A DNA stretch of 64,000 nucleotides from a virus (lineage: Duplodnaviria; Heunggongvirae; Uroviricota; Caudoviricetes), in the IMG/VR virus record IMGVR_UViG_2565956624_000008; one strand, given 5' to 3'. The notes under the pieces are model-generated. The model saw only the letters and a list, made by a program, of their open reading frames with translations. It ran no database searches and had not been told where the DNA came from. The first letter of the stretch is position 1. Every line of letters starts with the position of its first letter. Positions 23,459 to 33,771 of the stretch are shown here, piece after piece. The position numbers and the translations under genes were made by a program.

Positions 23459-23690
23459 ACAGAACGAAAAAGCTATCGCTCAAATTGCTGATTATATCCC
23501 GCGTGCGTGCCGGGGTATGCAGTTGCAGGAAGCCAAAGCGCGCCTGGAGAAAAAAATTGCGCTCTATATTGATGACGGCTGTGATGCTGCCGTTCTTAAC
23601 GCGGCGTTCGCACCAGCTCTTAACAGTCATACTCGGGAGTCTTTTTTTTCGTGCATCGAAGCGCAACTCCGCAAAGGAGGCAGCCAGTGA
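23451..23690 (+). CDS. small hypothetical protein ending LRKGGSQ, 79 aa
   Basis: Shares the conserved C-terminal junction of the downstream paralog array. Confidence 0.45.
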   Translation: MFKQNEKAIAQIADYIPRACRGMQLQEAKARLEKKIALYIDDGCDAAVLNAAFAPALNSHTRESFFSCIEAQLRKGGSQ

Positions 23691-24388
23691 GCAAAATTAA
23701 TTACCGGGCACTGCGTGAGATAGCAAAACAGGCAACACAGGGCGAATGGGTCGCATTTATTTCGCCGGGTACTGGTACGTATGCGGTGCATACGCCCGGT
23801 GATAAACGATGTGAAGATGTTATCAAATGGACCGGCTTTGATGGGCTGAAAAACGCAGAGAACAACGCTCGTTATGTTGCCGCATTCAACCCAAAGGTTG
23901 CACTGGCGCTACTTGGTGAAATTAAGCGCCTGGAGGACACAAATATTGATGCTATGTGCCGAATAGCACCGCTTGAGACTAAGCTCGCGGCGCTGGTGGC
24001 AGAGAACGCCGGGCTGAAACACGCAATGGCCGTAACTCTTGAGCATGTGTCGGTCACGGATGCAGGGCAGGCTGGTGTTGCTGCAATGATTATCAACGAT
24101 GCCCTACACCACAGCGAAACTCCAGCTACCGATGCTTTTCTGGCTGAAATTCGTGCGGAAGCACGCAACGAGGGGATTAACTATACCGCCAGCCGTCTTG
24201 CTGCTGCGTTCAATCACGGATTTATCAATAAGTCTTTGCGTGAAGTTTTCGACGTTACACGCATGATTTTGTCAGCGAAAGAAGAGTTGGCTAATGAAGC
24301 GCATCCGATTGATGGCCTGTCTGGTGAATATGCGGAGAAATCCCTTGAAGAATGGGCGGAACAGATTCGCAAAGGAAGCAGCCAGTGA
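23687..24388 (+). CDS. Ead/Ea22-like paralog 1 (GTG start after AGGAGG)
   Basis: SKINYRALREIAKQATQGEWVAF, ALVAENAGLK, PATDAFLAEIRAE, QIRKGSSQ. Confidence 0.55.
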   Translation: MSKINYRALREIAKQATQGEWVAFISPGTGTYAVHTPGDKRCEDVIKWTGFDGLKNAENNARYVAAFNPKVALALLGEIKRLEDTNIDAMCRIAPLETKLAALVAENAGLKHAMAVTLEHVSVTDAGQAGVAAMIINDALHHSETPATDAFLAEIRAEARNEGINYTASRLAAAFNHGFINKSLREVFDVTRMILSAKEELANEAHPIDGLSGEYAEKSLEEWAEQIRKGSSQ

Positions 24389-24675
24389 ATATCGACACGA
24401 CAATAACGATCGATACGCTCCTAAATACCGGTCTGGCACTTCTCGGTTGGCTTTACATCATGTCCCGCACATGGCGATGGCTGGGTTCCATTTTCCTAAA
24501 ACAGTGGAAAAAACGGCGCAAACAGGAACTACGCCAGAAGGCATTAGAAGCGTTCTATGACGCATTTGAGCTTAGCCGCATTGAACCAGGTACAACAGCC
24601 AGGATAGCGACAAAAGGCGACCTGATGATAGTGATGTTCCGACAGGAGAGAGCAGAGAAAGGGGAATCAGCATGA
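24385..24675 (+). CDS. small membrane protein, 96 aa (GTG start at conserved junction)
   Basis: Hydrophobic segment LLNTGLALLGWLYIM; junction AAAGGAAGCAGCCAGTGA. Confidence 0.45.
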   Translation: MNIDTTITIDTLLNTGLALLGWLYIMSRTWRWLGSIFLKQWKKRRKQELRQKALEAFYDAFELSRIEPGTTARIATKGDLMIVMFRQERAEKGESA

Positions 24676-25319
24676 AATTTTCCAAATTTTCTGAGTTGGT
24701 GAATCGTATTTTGTCCAACAACCACAGCCATCGTCGCGATATGGATGTAACAATCGTTGTTCATTCGCCTGGCAGCATTGGTTCAACACCTTCAGTTGAG
24801 GTTCAGTCAATTCACGCTGGTTTTGATTGGGATTCCGGGAAAGTGCTTATTTTCCCATCACAGCCACTGACCACGCTAACACCAGAACAGATTACTGATA
24901 TCACTGATAGTGTGCGCAAAGGTCAGTCTTGGCACGCATATCAGGAATACAAGAAGCATCAAGAGCAGTTGGAAAAATTGTCGATTGAACTGGATGCCGC
25001 AAAACAGCGCATTGCAGAGCTGGAGGGTAATCGCACGGCGCTGGCAGTGGAGAATGAGCTGGCTCGTAAGGCAGTTCAGGCATTCTGCGATGTTGTTGGC
25101 GACAACACCGAGGTTATCGCTGAGGTGGTTGGGCGAGATGGCGTTCTGGTTATTTTGGAGGCCATGAAGGCAACAGGAAATATGCCAGCCACCGATGCTT
25201 TCCTGGCTGAAGTACGGGCGCAGGGCGTGGAGATGTTTGCGGAGTGTGCATACACGCTTGAACATCATGATCACGCAGTAGCCTTCGCCGCTGAGCTTCG
25301 CAAAGGAGGCAACCAGTGA
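24672..25319 (+). CDS. Ead/Ea22-like paralog 2, 215 aa
   Basis: ALAVENELARKA, PATDAFLAEVRAQG, ELRKGGNQ. Confidence 0.55.
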   Translation: MKFSKFSELVNRILSNNHSHRRDMDVTIVVHSPGSIGSTPSVEVQSIHAGFDWDSGKVLIFPSQPLTTLTPEQITDITDSVRKGQSWHAYQEYKKHQEQLEKLSIELDAAKQRIAELEGNRTALAVENELARKAVQAFCDVVGDNTEVIAEVVGRDGVLVILEAMKATGNMPATDAFLAEVRAQGVEMFAECAYTLEHHDHAVAFAAELRKGGNQ

Positions 25320-25903
25320 GCAAGATTGACTATCAAGAACTGCGCGAGGCGGCGGAACAGGCAACGCAAGATGAATGGGTAGCATATATTTTGCCGGGTC
25401 ATAACGGCATTTATCCTGCGCGCACGTCTGAGGGTAGGCATTGCGGATACTTTATTGACTGGCCTGGCGTCTGTCAGGGGCGGGAGAGCATCAGCATCAG
25501 AACCTACGCAGTGAATTGCAATGACGCATGGCTAAACACCGAAGGTGATGACATCTCCGGCTCATACGTTAAGTACAAAGACCATCAGGAAGTGGTTGCC
25601 GCTCTTGAGGCCAAGTGCGCGGCGCTGGCAGTGGAGAATGCGGCGCTTAAACAGTCGGAGAAGGAATTTAATAACTTCTGTCGTCAGGAGTACTACGGTT
25701 GGGAGGACAACTTCACGGAAACCCCAGCTACCGACGCTCTCCTGGCTGAAGTACGTGCGCAGGGGGTGGATATGGCTCGTAACGCGATGATTGATTTTGT
25801 TGATGGTGAAGTTGGGCCAAACAAGAACGTTCCGGGGCTGATTAGAGGCGCAGAGATATGCGTAAGTATTGCTGAACAGCTTCGCAAAGGAGGCAACCAG
25901 TGA
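25316..25903 (+). CDS. Ead/Ea22-like paralog 3, 195 aa (GTG start)
   Basis: SKIDYQELREAAEQATQDEWVAY, ALAVENAALKQ, PATDALLAEVRAQG, QLRKGGNQ. Confidence 0.55.
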   Translation: MSKIDYQELREAAEQATQDEWVAYILPGHNGIYPARTSEGRHCGYFIDWPGVCQGRESISIRTYAVNCNDAWLNTEGDDISGSYVKYKDHQEVVAALEAKCAALAVENAALKQSEKEFNNFCRQEYYGWEDNFTETPATDALLAEVRAQGVDMARNAMIDFVDGEVGPNKNVPGLIRGAEICVSIAEQLRKGGNQ

Positions 25904-26346
25904 GCAAGATTGATTATCAAAAGCTTCGTGAAATCGCTGAAAAAACAAAAATTGCTGGTGAAGCACCTGTAATGCCCTTCGATCAGCGAATTAATGCGCT
26001 TAACGATTTTATGAAGCACTTTTCGCCAGATATCGCGCTGGCACTGCTGGATGAACGGGAAAGAAACCAGCAATACATCAAATCCCGCGACCAGGAGAAC
26101 GAGGATATTGCGCTAACGGTAGGGAAGTTGCGCGTTGAGCTTGAGGCAGAAAAACAGCGGGCAAAGGATCTGTTTATGGAAAATGCTCGGCTTAAGTCAG
26201 GTATAGCCGGTCTGATACACCTCGGTATTCGATATGCAGATGTTGATGTCATGAAAATTGCTGGAGATGCCCAGCTTTCTACCCCATGCACTGACAGCAT
26301 CATAAACAGCATTGCAACAGGCATTCGCATCAACGGAGGTGAGTAG
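25900..26346 (+). CDS. Ead/Ea22-like paralog 4 (short), 148 aa (GTG start)
   Basis: SKIDYQKLREIAEK N-terminus shared with paralogs. Confidence 0.5.
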   Translation: MSKIDYQKLREIAEKTKIAGEAPVMPFDQRINALNDFMKHFSPDIALALLDERERNQQYIKSRDQENEDIALTVGKLRVELEAEKQRAKDLFMENARLKSGIAGLIHLGIRYADVDVMKIAGDAQLSTPCTDSIINSIATGIRINGGE

Positions 26347-26884
26347 TGCGTGTGGCATGTATTGGCTTGTTACCGTACCCGACTCGTTTTTGGGCTTCTG
26401 CGCTAATTGCAAAGCCACATGTCCTGATGGCTGACAACATCATCCCGGCACCAAAGCGCCGCCATACCGGTATTGCAGCGGCACGACGAGCAGCAAAGAG
26501 ACGCAGGAGAGCAAAGCGATGAAAAACCGTAAGGCAAAACGACTTTTTTTACAGCGACCTGTGCGTGTGGTGGAGCTGGTTATTAGCAACCATAAGATAG
26601 CGGTAATCCATCCATTATTTGGTCAGGTGGCTTTTGCCGCAAAGCGTAAGCCTACTGCGTCACAGAACAGGCGGAAGAAAGGGTACGCAGTAAGATGAAA
26701 AACCGTAAAGCAAAGATTCTGTTAGTTCGTAGAAACGCTCCTGGCGTCTGGCAGTGGGTGAGACTCAGCAACCGACGGATGGGGTTGATGAAATATTACG
26801 GGATGATGGATTGTGGTTTTTGCAAAAAGCCCAGCGCGGCGCAAAACCGCTGGAAAAACCACTTGCGTACTAAAGGAGAGTGAT

Positions 26885-27094
26885 ATGGCTATCGCTGCAA
26901 GTTACACCATGCATCTCTATTGTGACTGCCGTCAGTGCACGGAAGGTGTATATCCAGTGCCAGACTTCGGTGAGTATATAGGTACGTCATGGGCTGGCTG
27001 TGCAAAAGAGGCGCGCAAGGATGGCTGGCGAATAAGCAAAGACAAAACACGTACTTTTGCGCCCGGGCATAAAGTTTTGAGGATTAACACATGA
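26885..27094 (+). CDS. small Cys-rich hypothetical protein, 69 aa
   Basis: ATG after AAAGGAGAG; CDCRQC motif. Confidence 0.4.
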   Translation: MAIAASYTMHLYCDCRQCTEGVYPVPDFGEYIGTSWAGCAKEARKDGWRISKDKTRTFAPGHKVLRINT

Positions 27095-27459
27095 CCACTA
27101 TTACCAAAGAACGTGCGGAGATTAAATCATTCATCACAGGCTTCCTGAGCGACCCGGCGCACGATAACCAATCTTCAGACAGCCTGCTTGCCAATGTGTT
27201 TCGTATCGCGCTGGCATCGCTGGAAGCAGAACCGGTGGCGTGGATGCGTGATGACGCAGATGGTCGTGAGTATAACGCTCGCAATGAATTTTCTGGTGGA
27301 GGGGGAGGAATTCCACTCTACGCCACCCCTCAGGTGCAGGTAGTGCCGGAAGAAATGTATTGGCAGGATGCGCCAGTTGAAGGCAGCAGCAAAGCGGCTG
27401 CATACGCTACAGGCTGGAATGCCTGCCGCGCCGCTATGCTTCATGGGAAAGGAGAGTGA
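27091..27459 (+). CDS. hypothetical protein (MTTITKER family, short paralog), 122 aa
   Basis: Shares N-terminus and IALASLEA/VVPEE motifs with 27735-28622. Confidence 0.5.
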   Translation: MTTITKERAEIKSFITGFLSDPAHDNQSSDSLLANVFRIALASLEAEPVAWMRDDADGREYNARNEFSGGGGGIPLYATPQVQVVPEEMYWQDAPVEGSSKAAAYATGWNACRAAMLHGKGE

Positions 27460-27460
27460 T

Positions 27461-27724
27461 ATGGCAACTTTAACAAAAAAAGAACGGGCATGGTTGAACG
27501 AATTACAGGACGTTCTTGATCGCTGCCCATCACCGAAAAAAATTGGTTTTTACACCATTGGCGATAAAAGCATTTACCTGTATGACCTGCGCCGCATGGA
27601 TGAAATCATGGAGGCTCTTGATAATCGTTCGTCGATGGATTGGTGTGTTGCTGTTCATGATATGAATGCAGGGTTTGATGAAAAGATTTTGTTCCCCTCA
27701 TCAGTTGAAAGCACAGCGGGTTAA
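27461..27724 (+). CDS. small hypothetical protein, 87 aa
   Basis: ATG after AAAGGAGAG. Confidence 0.4.
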   Translation: MATLTKKERAWLNELQDVLDRCPSPKKIGFYTIGDKSIYLYDLRRMDEIMEALDNRSSMDWCVAVHDMNAGFDEKILFPSSVESTAG

Positions 27725-27734
27725 GGAGTAACAC

Positions 27735-28622
27735 ATGACCACTATTACCAAAGAGCGACTGCTGACAATCAAGCAGTGGCGCGAAACATACGGACCTGGT
27801 AGCAACGTTGTACTGCCAGCAGAAGAAGCGGAAGAACTGGCACGGATTGCACTGGCATCGTTGGAAGCAAAACCAATAGGTGCATTCCACATTGCAGAAC
27901 AGCAAGTTGACGGCACAAGTGACTACCTCAAGGATGGAGAATGGCCTATTGATAATGGAATTATTGAGGTCTACGCCGCTCCCCCCGTTCCAGTAGTACC
28001 GGAAGAAAAACCAATGCCTAACGCTCTAAGCATGCTTGAAAGAGAGATCACACAACTGATTGGTGATGCGCAGGAAGCCACTGTTACTGGCTATGAGTTA
28101 ATCGCTGAAGCTTGGCGTTTGATGGATGGACAAGACCCTAAAACCAGCGATTGGCATAGCAAGGCTTCGAAGTATTTAAATTCCAATATTGTAGAAAAAG
28201 TTGATGATGACCGTATTGAGGCTGTTAAGGCTGTTTTGCGTAGACTGGCTGGCAACTATCCGGATATTCCGGATAGTTCGGTGCCAGCGCCAGGAAAGGG
28301 CGTCACCGGTGAACGTATCCGCATTAAGCCGCATGTTTATCGCGAACTGGTTAACCGTCTCCACGATACAGCGATCAAGTGTGCTGGCACCCAGCAATTA
28401 CGAGAAAGAATTAGCCGTGTTTTGGGCGACGTTATTACACCAGATCATCATAAACAAGCCGAGAAAAGTGACCTGGAAAGGTGTCACCTTGAGGCGGCAT
28501 TAAACATTAAGCCGGGGCATACGCTTGGCATTATTGATGCACTATTGGTTCATAAGATGGCCAGGGCTTTATTGCCGCTGGTGGCTGAAAAGCATGAGGT
28601 GGACCATGCCAACGAAAGCTGA
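27735..28622 (+). CDS. hypothetical protein (MTTITKER family, long paralog), 295 aa
   Basis: Paralogous N-terminal region to 27091-27459. Confidence 0.5.
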   Translation: MTTITKERLLTIKQWRETYGPGSNVVLPAEEAEELARIALASLEAKPIGAFHIAEQQVDGTSDYLKDGEWPIDNGIIEVYAAPPVPVVPEEKPMPNALSMLEREITQLIGDAQEATVTGYELIAEAWRLMDGQDPKTSDWHSKASKYLNSNIVEKVDDDRIEAVKAVLRRLAGNYPDIPDSSVPAPGKGVTGERIRIKPHVYRELVNRLHDTAIKCAGTQQLRERISRVLGDVITPDHHKQAEKSDLERCHLEAALNIKPGHTLGIIDALLVHKMARALLPLVAEKHEVDHANES

Positions 28623-28890
28623 ATTACAGGTGCGCGTAGATGAGCTTGAAAAAGAGAACGCGAGCCTCAAAAAAATGCTGTCGCGGGCGGAAAGGGAATT
28701 ATCAGGCAAATTATTGCCAGAAGAACTGCCACCAGCAGATATACCTGATCGAGTGTCCTGGTGGATGAAGTATTTCCGTGCACCGTGGGAGGCGTTTTGG
28801 TGCTACGACCATCGCAGATGGTGTGATGAACTTGATAGCAATTTTCCCTACTTTGCGGAAGGGAACACCTGCCCTCAATGCAGGGGATAG
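28606..28890 (+). CDS. small coiled-coil/Cys-containing hypothetical protein, 94 aa
   Basis: ATG overlapping upstream stop; CPQC at C-terminus. Confidence 0.4.
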   Translation: MPTKAELQVRVDELEKENASLKKMLSRAERELSGKLLPEELPPADIPDRVSWWMKYFRAPWEAFWCYDHRRWCDELDSNFPYFAEGNTCPQCRG

Positions 28891-29257
28891 CATTTGACGA
28901 AATCGATCACCCTATCCTGAACTTCAGAAAGAAGGTCTTTTTCACGCGCCAGGACGTCAGGATATTGACGTTCTGGCCTTACCAGATGCCGGAGCTTCCC
29001 ATTAAGCAGAATGGCCTCAGAAAACACTTTTACGCTGTGCTTTATCCCCTCTGTTTCACTTTTCAGCGTCAAAATAAAGCGCAATTGCTTATTAGCCTGA
29101 TTCGGATTCAATACACGAATTTGCAGTTCGTCTATGCTGTTCCGCAATGGGATTGATGCCACCACACTGGTGCAGTCTCTGATTGTCTGAATTGAACGGC
29201 TAACATTGAGAACGTTATTGTGCATGTGCCTGATCCACTAACTCCTGGAGGTTTCTT

Positions 29258-29509
29258 GTGTCAGATCGAAATATAGCAGCTAAAAGCCAGGAAGAGCGAG
29301 ACAAGGTGAACGTAGACCTTGCCGCCAGCGGCGTTGCTTACAAAGAACGGCTGAATATACCTGTGATTGCAGAGCAGGTGGCCCGTGAGCAACCGGAAAA
29401 CCTGCGCGCCTATTTCATGGAACGGCTACGGCACTACCGGCAGTTAAGCCTCCAGTTGCCAAAAGGGAGCGATCCGGTGTATCAGAACGAGGATGCACCA
29501 AAAAAATAA
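29258..29509 (+). CDS. hot: homolog of DNA polymerase III theta subunit (HolE-like), 83 aa
   Basis: [33 protein letters not shown] matches theta family. Confidence 0.85.
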   Translation: MSDRNIAAKSQEERDKVNVDLAASGVAYKERLNIPVIAEQVAREQPENLRAYFMERLRHYRQLSLQLPKGSDPVYQNEDAPKK

Positions 29510-29594
29510 CGGCAAGATGGGGGAGAAATGTGATTAGCCCCCAGCGTGGCGCGCCTACAAACCCCGCTTTCACAAACTATGCCTTTTCAATGTA

Positions 29595-29614
29595 TACTGT
29601 ATGAATAAACAGTA
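29595..29614. promoter_or_regulatory. LexA box TACTGTATGAATAAACAGTA upstream of humD
   Basis: CTGT-N8-ACAG palindrome matching SOS-box consensus. Confidence 0.75.
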
Positions 29615-29632
29615 TCATTGAGGTAAAACGCT

Positions 29633-30022
29633 ATGGGCTTCCCTTCTCCTGCGGCGGATTATGTTGAAAGCCGAATTTCTCTTGATCAGCAGATAATTAG
29701 ACATCCTTCAGCGACCTACTTCATGCGGGCAGCTGATAGCCATCACCGTGAGGGAATATTGCAGGGTGCTTTGCTGGTGGTTGATTCCTCGCTTACTCCG
29801 GTTGATGGTTCTCTGCTTGTGTGCGCTATGGAGGGTGAATATCGCATAAAGAGATACAGGAAGTATCCGCGCCAGCACCTGGAGGACTTAAGCACCGGGA
29901 AGAAAGAGGCGTTACCAGTAGATGACGATGGATACACGGGCAGTAATGCTGTTTTTGGTGTGATCACTCATGTCATCAATGATGCCCGAAGTGGGGAATT
30001 TGATGATTGTCCGGTTATTTAA
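29633..30022 (+). CDS. humD: UmuD-like S24 peptidase homolog, 129 aa
   Basis: GFPSPAADYVE ... HPSATYF ... FGVITHVI similar to UmuD. Confidence 0.85.
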   Translation: MGFPSPAADYVESRISLDQQIIRHPSATYFMRAADSHHREGILQGALLVVDSSLTPVDGSLLVCAMEGEYRIKRYRKYPRQHLEDLSTGKKEALPVDDDGYTGSNAVFGVITHVINDARSGEFDDCPVI

Positions 30023-30094
30023 GCTGCAAAGTGCTGGTGCTTTATGCCTGTGAAGTTTATAATTGTGTACACATAACGAGTACACGAGGTGTTT

Positions 30095-30316
30095 ATGCAA
30101 TCCATTAACTTCCGTACCGCGCGTGGCAACCTTTCTGAAGTGCTCAACAATGTTGAAGCCGGGGAAGAGGTTGAAATCACCCGCAGAGGCCGTGAGCCAG
30201 CAGTAATTGTCAGCAAGGCTACTTTCGAAGCCTACAAAAAAGCGGCGCTGGATGCTGAATTTGCATCCCTGTTTGACACCCTGGACTCCACCAACAAGGA
30301 ACTGGTTAACCGATAA
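30095..30316 (+). CDS. phd: Phd antitoxin, 73 aa
   Basis: [39 protein letters not shown] recognised; stop overlaps doc start. Confidence 0.9.
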   Translation: MQSINFRTARGNLSEVLNNVEAGEEVEITRRGREPAVIVSKATFEAYKKAALDAEFASLFDTLDSTNKELVNR

Positions 30317-30696
30317 TGAGGCATATATCACCGGAAGAACTTATTGCGCTTCATGATGCGAATATAAACCGCTACGGCGGCCTGCCGGGAATGTCTGATC
30401 CGGGTAGGGCAGAGGCCATTATCGGGAGAGTTCAGGCCAGAGTTGCCTACGAAGAGATCACCGACCTTTTCGAAGTCTCCGCCACCTACCTGGTGGCTAC
30501 GGCGAGAGGGCATATATTCAATGATGCCAATAAGCGTACCGCGCTAAACAGTGCGCTGTTATTTCTACGCCGTAACGGGGTGCAGGTATTTGATTCACCT
30601 GAACTGGCAGACCTTACCGTAGGGGCTGCGACTGGCGAGATATCTGTATCTTCTGTCGCCGCCACGTTACGTAGATTGTATGGTTCTGCGGAGTAG
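30316..30696 (+). CDS. doc: Doc toxin (Fic-fold kinase), 126 aa
   Basis: [11 protein letters not shown] Fic-like motif; phd-doc operon. Confidence 0.9.
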   Translation: MRHISPEELIALHDANINRYGGLPGMSDPGRAEAIIGRVQARVAYEEITDLFEVSATYLVATARGHIFNDANKRTALNSALLFLRRNGVQVFDSPELADLTVGAATGEISVSSVAATLRRLYGSAE

Positions 30697-30907
30697 ATTA
30701 ATGGCACGCAAATACAACAAATTGTCCCGTGAAGCGTTAAAGATGCTTCTTGATGGCGTGAGTCGCCGCAAGGTAAAGCAATACCTGGTTGGTAAGCAAA
30801 TTGGTGCCAGGACCGCTATTGCTGTGTTATGCCGTCAGGAAATGGTTGTGCTTAAACAGAGAATGCCGGGCAGCAGATAAAGCCCAATCAGTGATGAAAG
30901 GTGTGAT

Positions 30908-31951
30908 GTGAAAGCCGTAATTACTCCCTTTGTACAGAAAGAGCTTGGCGTCGCCACATTCAAAGTGGATCAGGAAGTCAGAAAGCTGGTGGAGGCTGGC
31001 CGTAAATTTATTATGGAGCCGGTGCCGCGTGAGTTAATCGAGCACATGGACGACGGCCTCGTTGTTTCCGAGCAGACTATGGCAACAAATGAGGCGTTGC
31101 AGCCGTTTTTTAACAGCGATGAACTGTTTCGCCGTATTGGTGGAATTGACGCGCTGGTGGCGTGGTTGCGTAGGAAAGAGGGTCAATGCCAGGCCGCAGA
31201 TCGTAGTTGGTGTGACAACCATATTGTCCACGCTGAACGAGACAATAGCGCGGTGTTGTTGTGCTGGCATCACGATAACCATTACCGGATGCGTGGTTTT
31301 AATGAGCTGAAAGAAACGCTGCATAATAATCGCGTTAACTGGATACTGGATGTCGCCCGTCAGGAAATGGGGCTTTCAGATGGTCATGATTTAAGTATTC
31401 AGGAACTGTGCTGGTGGGCTTTCATGCGCAACATGATGCACCTGATGCCGGAAGAAGTTTGCCGTATATCAATAAATAAGATGAAAGCCGCAACGCAGGA
31501 TAGCGGACCTCTGAAAGAGGCGGATATTCGCCCGTATGACGATCGCGCTACAGCATATGTTCAGATGATGGAAGAACGCGCCGCGCCGATGCGTGCAAAA
31601 GTATGCCCTGTGGATGTTGACTCCGACCCTGGCATGGCGCATTTCAAAATACCAAAACTGCAATCGCTAAAATTACCTGAGTACATGGACTTTGTTGCTT
31701 CCCGTCCATGCTGTGGGTGTGGAGCGGCGGGAGCTGGCGCTCACATTACGCCTTATATCGTTCGTCATAGTCGATTATGCGCGCATGACATTTACGCAAT
31801 TCCTTTGTGCCAGTCATGCCAGCGTGATATTGAGCGTGACCGCGATAATTGGGAGAAGACGCACGGTAGGCTGGCGATGCATCAACGATTGTTCTTTGAT
31901 TACGCGCTTGGAGTCGGCGCTATCACAAGTCACTCGTCGAGCGTTAGATAA
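30908..31951 (+). CDS. hypothetical protein, 347 aa (post-doc region)
   Basis: Long ORF, Cys/His-rich C-terminal part. Confidence 0.55.
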   Translation: MKAVITPFVQKELGVATFKVDQEVRKLVEAGRKFIMEPVPRELIEHMDDGLVVSEQTMATNEALQPFFNSDELFRRIGGIDALVAWLRRKEGQCQAADRSWCDNHIVHAERDNSAVLLCWHHDNHYRMRGFNELKETLHNNRVNWILDVARQEMGLSDGHDLSIQELCWWAFMRNMMHLMPEEVCRISINKMKAATQDSGPLKEADIRPYDDRATAYVQMMEERAAPMRAKVCPVDVDSDPGMAHFKIPKLQSLKLPEYMDFVASRPCCGCGAAGAGAHITPYIVRHSRLCAHDIYAIPLCQSCQRDIERDRDNWEKTHGRLAMHQRLFFDYALGVGAITSHSSSVR

Positions 31952-31952
31952 A

Positions 31953-31969
31953 ATTGCTCTAATGTATTG
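31953..31969 (+). promoter_or_regulatory. C1-operator-like site ATTGCTCTAATGTATTG
   Basis: 14/17 match. Confidence 0.45.
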
Positions 31970-32069
31970 CTATTTCTTTAATCGAGGGTATTATATTCCA
32001 CGTTGATTAGTTGACATGGGCTAATCAGTAGGTGACAGGATGTTACTTAACTGGCAGGGACGCCACTTC

Positions 32070-32492
32070 ATGGAAATAAATCACTCACGAATAACATCGT
32101 ACGAGATTGCGGATTACATGATCCGCACTAAATCTCTTCTATCAGCGAAAGAACTCGCAGCAATTCTTGAAAAGGAATACCCGCATCTGGATGTCGATAA
32201 GCGCGATGTTTATCTGCGCTTAAAGGCTATCGCTGTGTCTAAGTATTCGTCTGTTTTGATTGATGACAGTACACGCCCACGTAGATTTCAGATCCACTCT
32301 CTGAATCCTGAATTCTTTCGCCGTAGCCGCGCTCCGCGCCGGTTTGATGAAAAACTCCAGAACGAACTCTATATGACGCAGGACGAAAAGGAACGCCGGG
32401 AGCACCAGCCTTGGGTAATGGCGCGTCAACTTTTCAATAAGGTGGCCCGTCAGCACCGTCATTACGGTAATGCCACATCCGCACGTATCTGA
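32070..32492 (+). CDS. hypothetical protein, about 140 aa
   Basis: ORF upstream of pacA; start chosen at MEINHSR. Confidence 0.45.
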   Translation: MEINHSRITSYEIADYMIRTKSLLSAKELAAILEKEYPHLDVDKRDVYLRLKAIAVSKYSSVLIDDSTRPRRFQIHSLNPEFFRRSRAPRRFDEKLQNELYMTQDEKERREHQPWVMARQLFNKVARQHRHYGNATSARI

Positions 32493-32577
32493 TTGATTGC
32501 TTGCCCGTTCCGGGCCTTTTGACATGTGACTTTCGTTACCCTCGCGTCAAAAAGAGTTTTTACGAAAGGAAGCATAA

Positions 32578-33771
32578 GTGACCTGGGACGATCACAAAAA
32601 GAATTTTGCTCGCCTGGCGCGAGATGGTGGTTACACCATCGCACAGTATGCCGCCGAGTTTAATCTTAACCCTAATACCGCACGTCGTTATCTCCGTGCC
32701 TTCAAAGAAGACACCAGGACTGCGGACAGCCGCAAGCCAAATAAGCCAGTCAGGAAGCCACTAAAAAGCATGATCATTGATCACTCTAATGATCAACATG
32801 CAGGTGATCATATTGCGGCTGAAATAGCGGAAAAACAGAGAGTTAATGCCGTTGTCAGTGCCGCAGTCGAGAATGCGAAGCGCCAAAATAAGCGCATAAA
32901 TGATCGTTCAGATGATCATGACGTGATCACCCGCGCCCACCGGACTTTACGTGATCGCCTGGAACGCGACACCCTGGATGATGATGGTGAACGCTTTGAA
33001 TTCGAAGCGGGCGATTACCTGATAGATAACGTTGAAGCGCGGAAGGCCGCGCGCGCTATGTTGCGTCGTTCCGGAGCTGATGTTCTGGAAACCACTCTTC
33101 TGGAAAAGTCTCTTTCTCATCTCCTTATGCTGGAGAACGCCAGGGATACGTGTATTCGCCTGGTGCAGGAAATGCGCGATCAGCAAAAAGACGATGATGA
33201 AGGTACTCCGCCTGAATACCGTATCGCGAGCATGCTAAACAGCTGTTCCGCGCAGATAAGCAGCCTGATCAACACCATTTACAGCATCCGGAATAACTAT
33301 CGAAAAGAAAGCCGGGAGGCGGAAAAGCACGCTTTATCTATGGGGCAAGCTGGCATTGTTAAGCTGGCATACGAACGAAAGCGTGAAAATAACTGGTCAG
33401 TGCTGGAAGCGGCTGAATTCATCGAGGCGCATGGAGGAAAAGTGCCGCCCCTGATGCTGGAGCAAATCAAAGCCGATCTGCGTGCTCCTAAGACCAATAC
33501 CGATGATGAGGAAAGGCAAACAGCCGTCGGTGGCCCTTCTCTTGAAGATCTGGACAAAGTTGCGCGAGAACGGGCCGCCAACCGCCGCGCCGATGCCGCA
33601 TTGTGGATTGAGCAGCGTAGGGAAGAAATCGCCGATATTGTTGATACAGGCGGTTATGGAGATGTTGATACTGAAGGTGTATCAAACGACCCATGGCTGG
33701 AACAAGACCTGGACGAAGACGAGGAGGAAGACGAAGAAGTTACCCGCAAGCTATACGGGGATGATGATTAA
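32578..33771 (+). CDS. pacA: terminase small subunit / pac-site recognition protein, 397 aa
   Basis: Size and position match P1 PacA; pac hexamer clusters lie inside the gene; acidic C-terminus. Confidence 0.85.
   Translation: MTWDDHKKNFARLARDGGYTIAQYAAEFNLNPNTARRYLRAFKEDTRTADSRKPNKPVRKPLKSMIIDHSNDQHAGDHIAAEIAEKQRVNAVVSAAVENAKRQNKRINDRSDDHDVITRAHRTLRDRLERDTLDDDGERFEFEAGDYLIDNVEARKAARAMLRRSGADVLETTLLEKSLSHLLMLENARDTCIRLVQEMRDQQKDDDEGTPPEYRIASMLNSCSAQISSLINTIYSIRNNYRKESREAEKHALSMGQAGIVKLAYERKRENNWSVLEAAEFIEAHGGKVPPLMLEQIKADLRAPKTNTDDEERQTAVGGPSLEDLDKVARERAANRRADAALWIEQRREEIADIVDTGGYGDVDTEGVSNDPWLEQDLDEDEEEDEEVTRKLYGDDD
32771..32929. other. pac packaging site: four TGATCA hexamers (32771-32810) and three TGATC(A/G) hexamers (32901-32929) flanking a roughly 90-bp core
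   Basis: Read directly; matches the known 4+3 hexamer architecture of P1 pac. Confidence 0.8.

Noticed and set aside
28875-29225. Minus-strand 116-aa ORF antisense to the gap before hot
   Set aside because: No RBS or promoter seen, and it opposes the local transcription direction; not excluded but unsupported.
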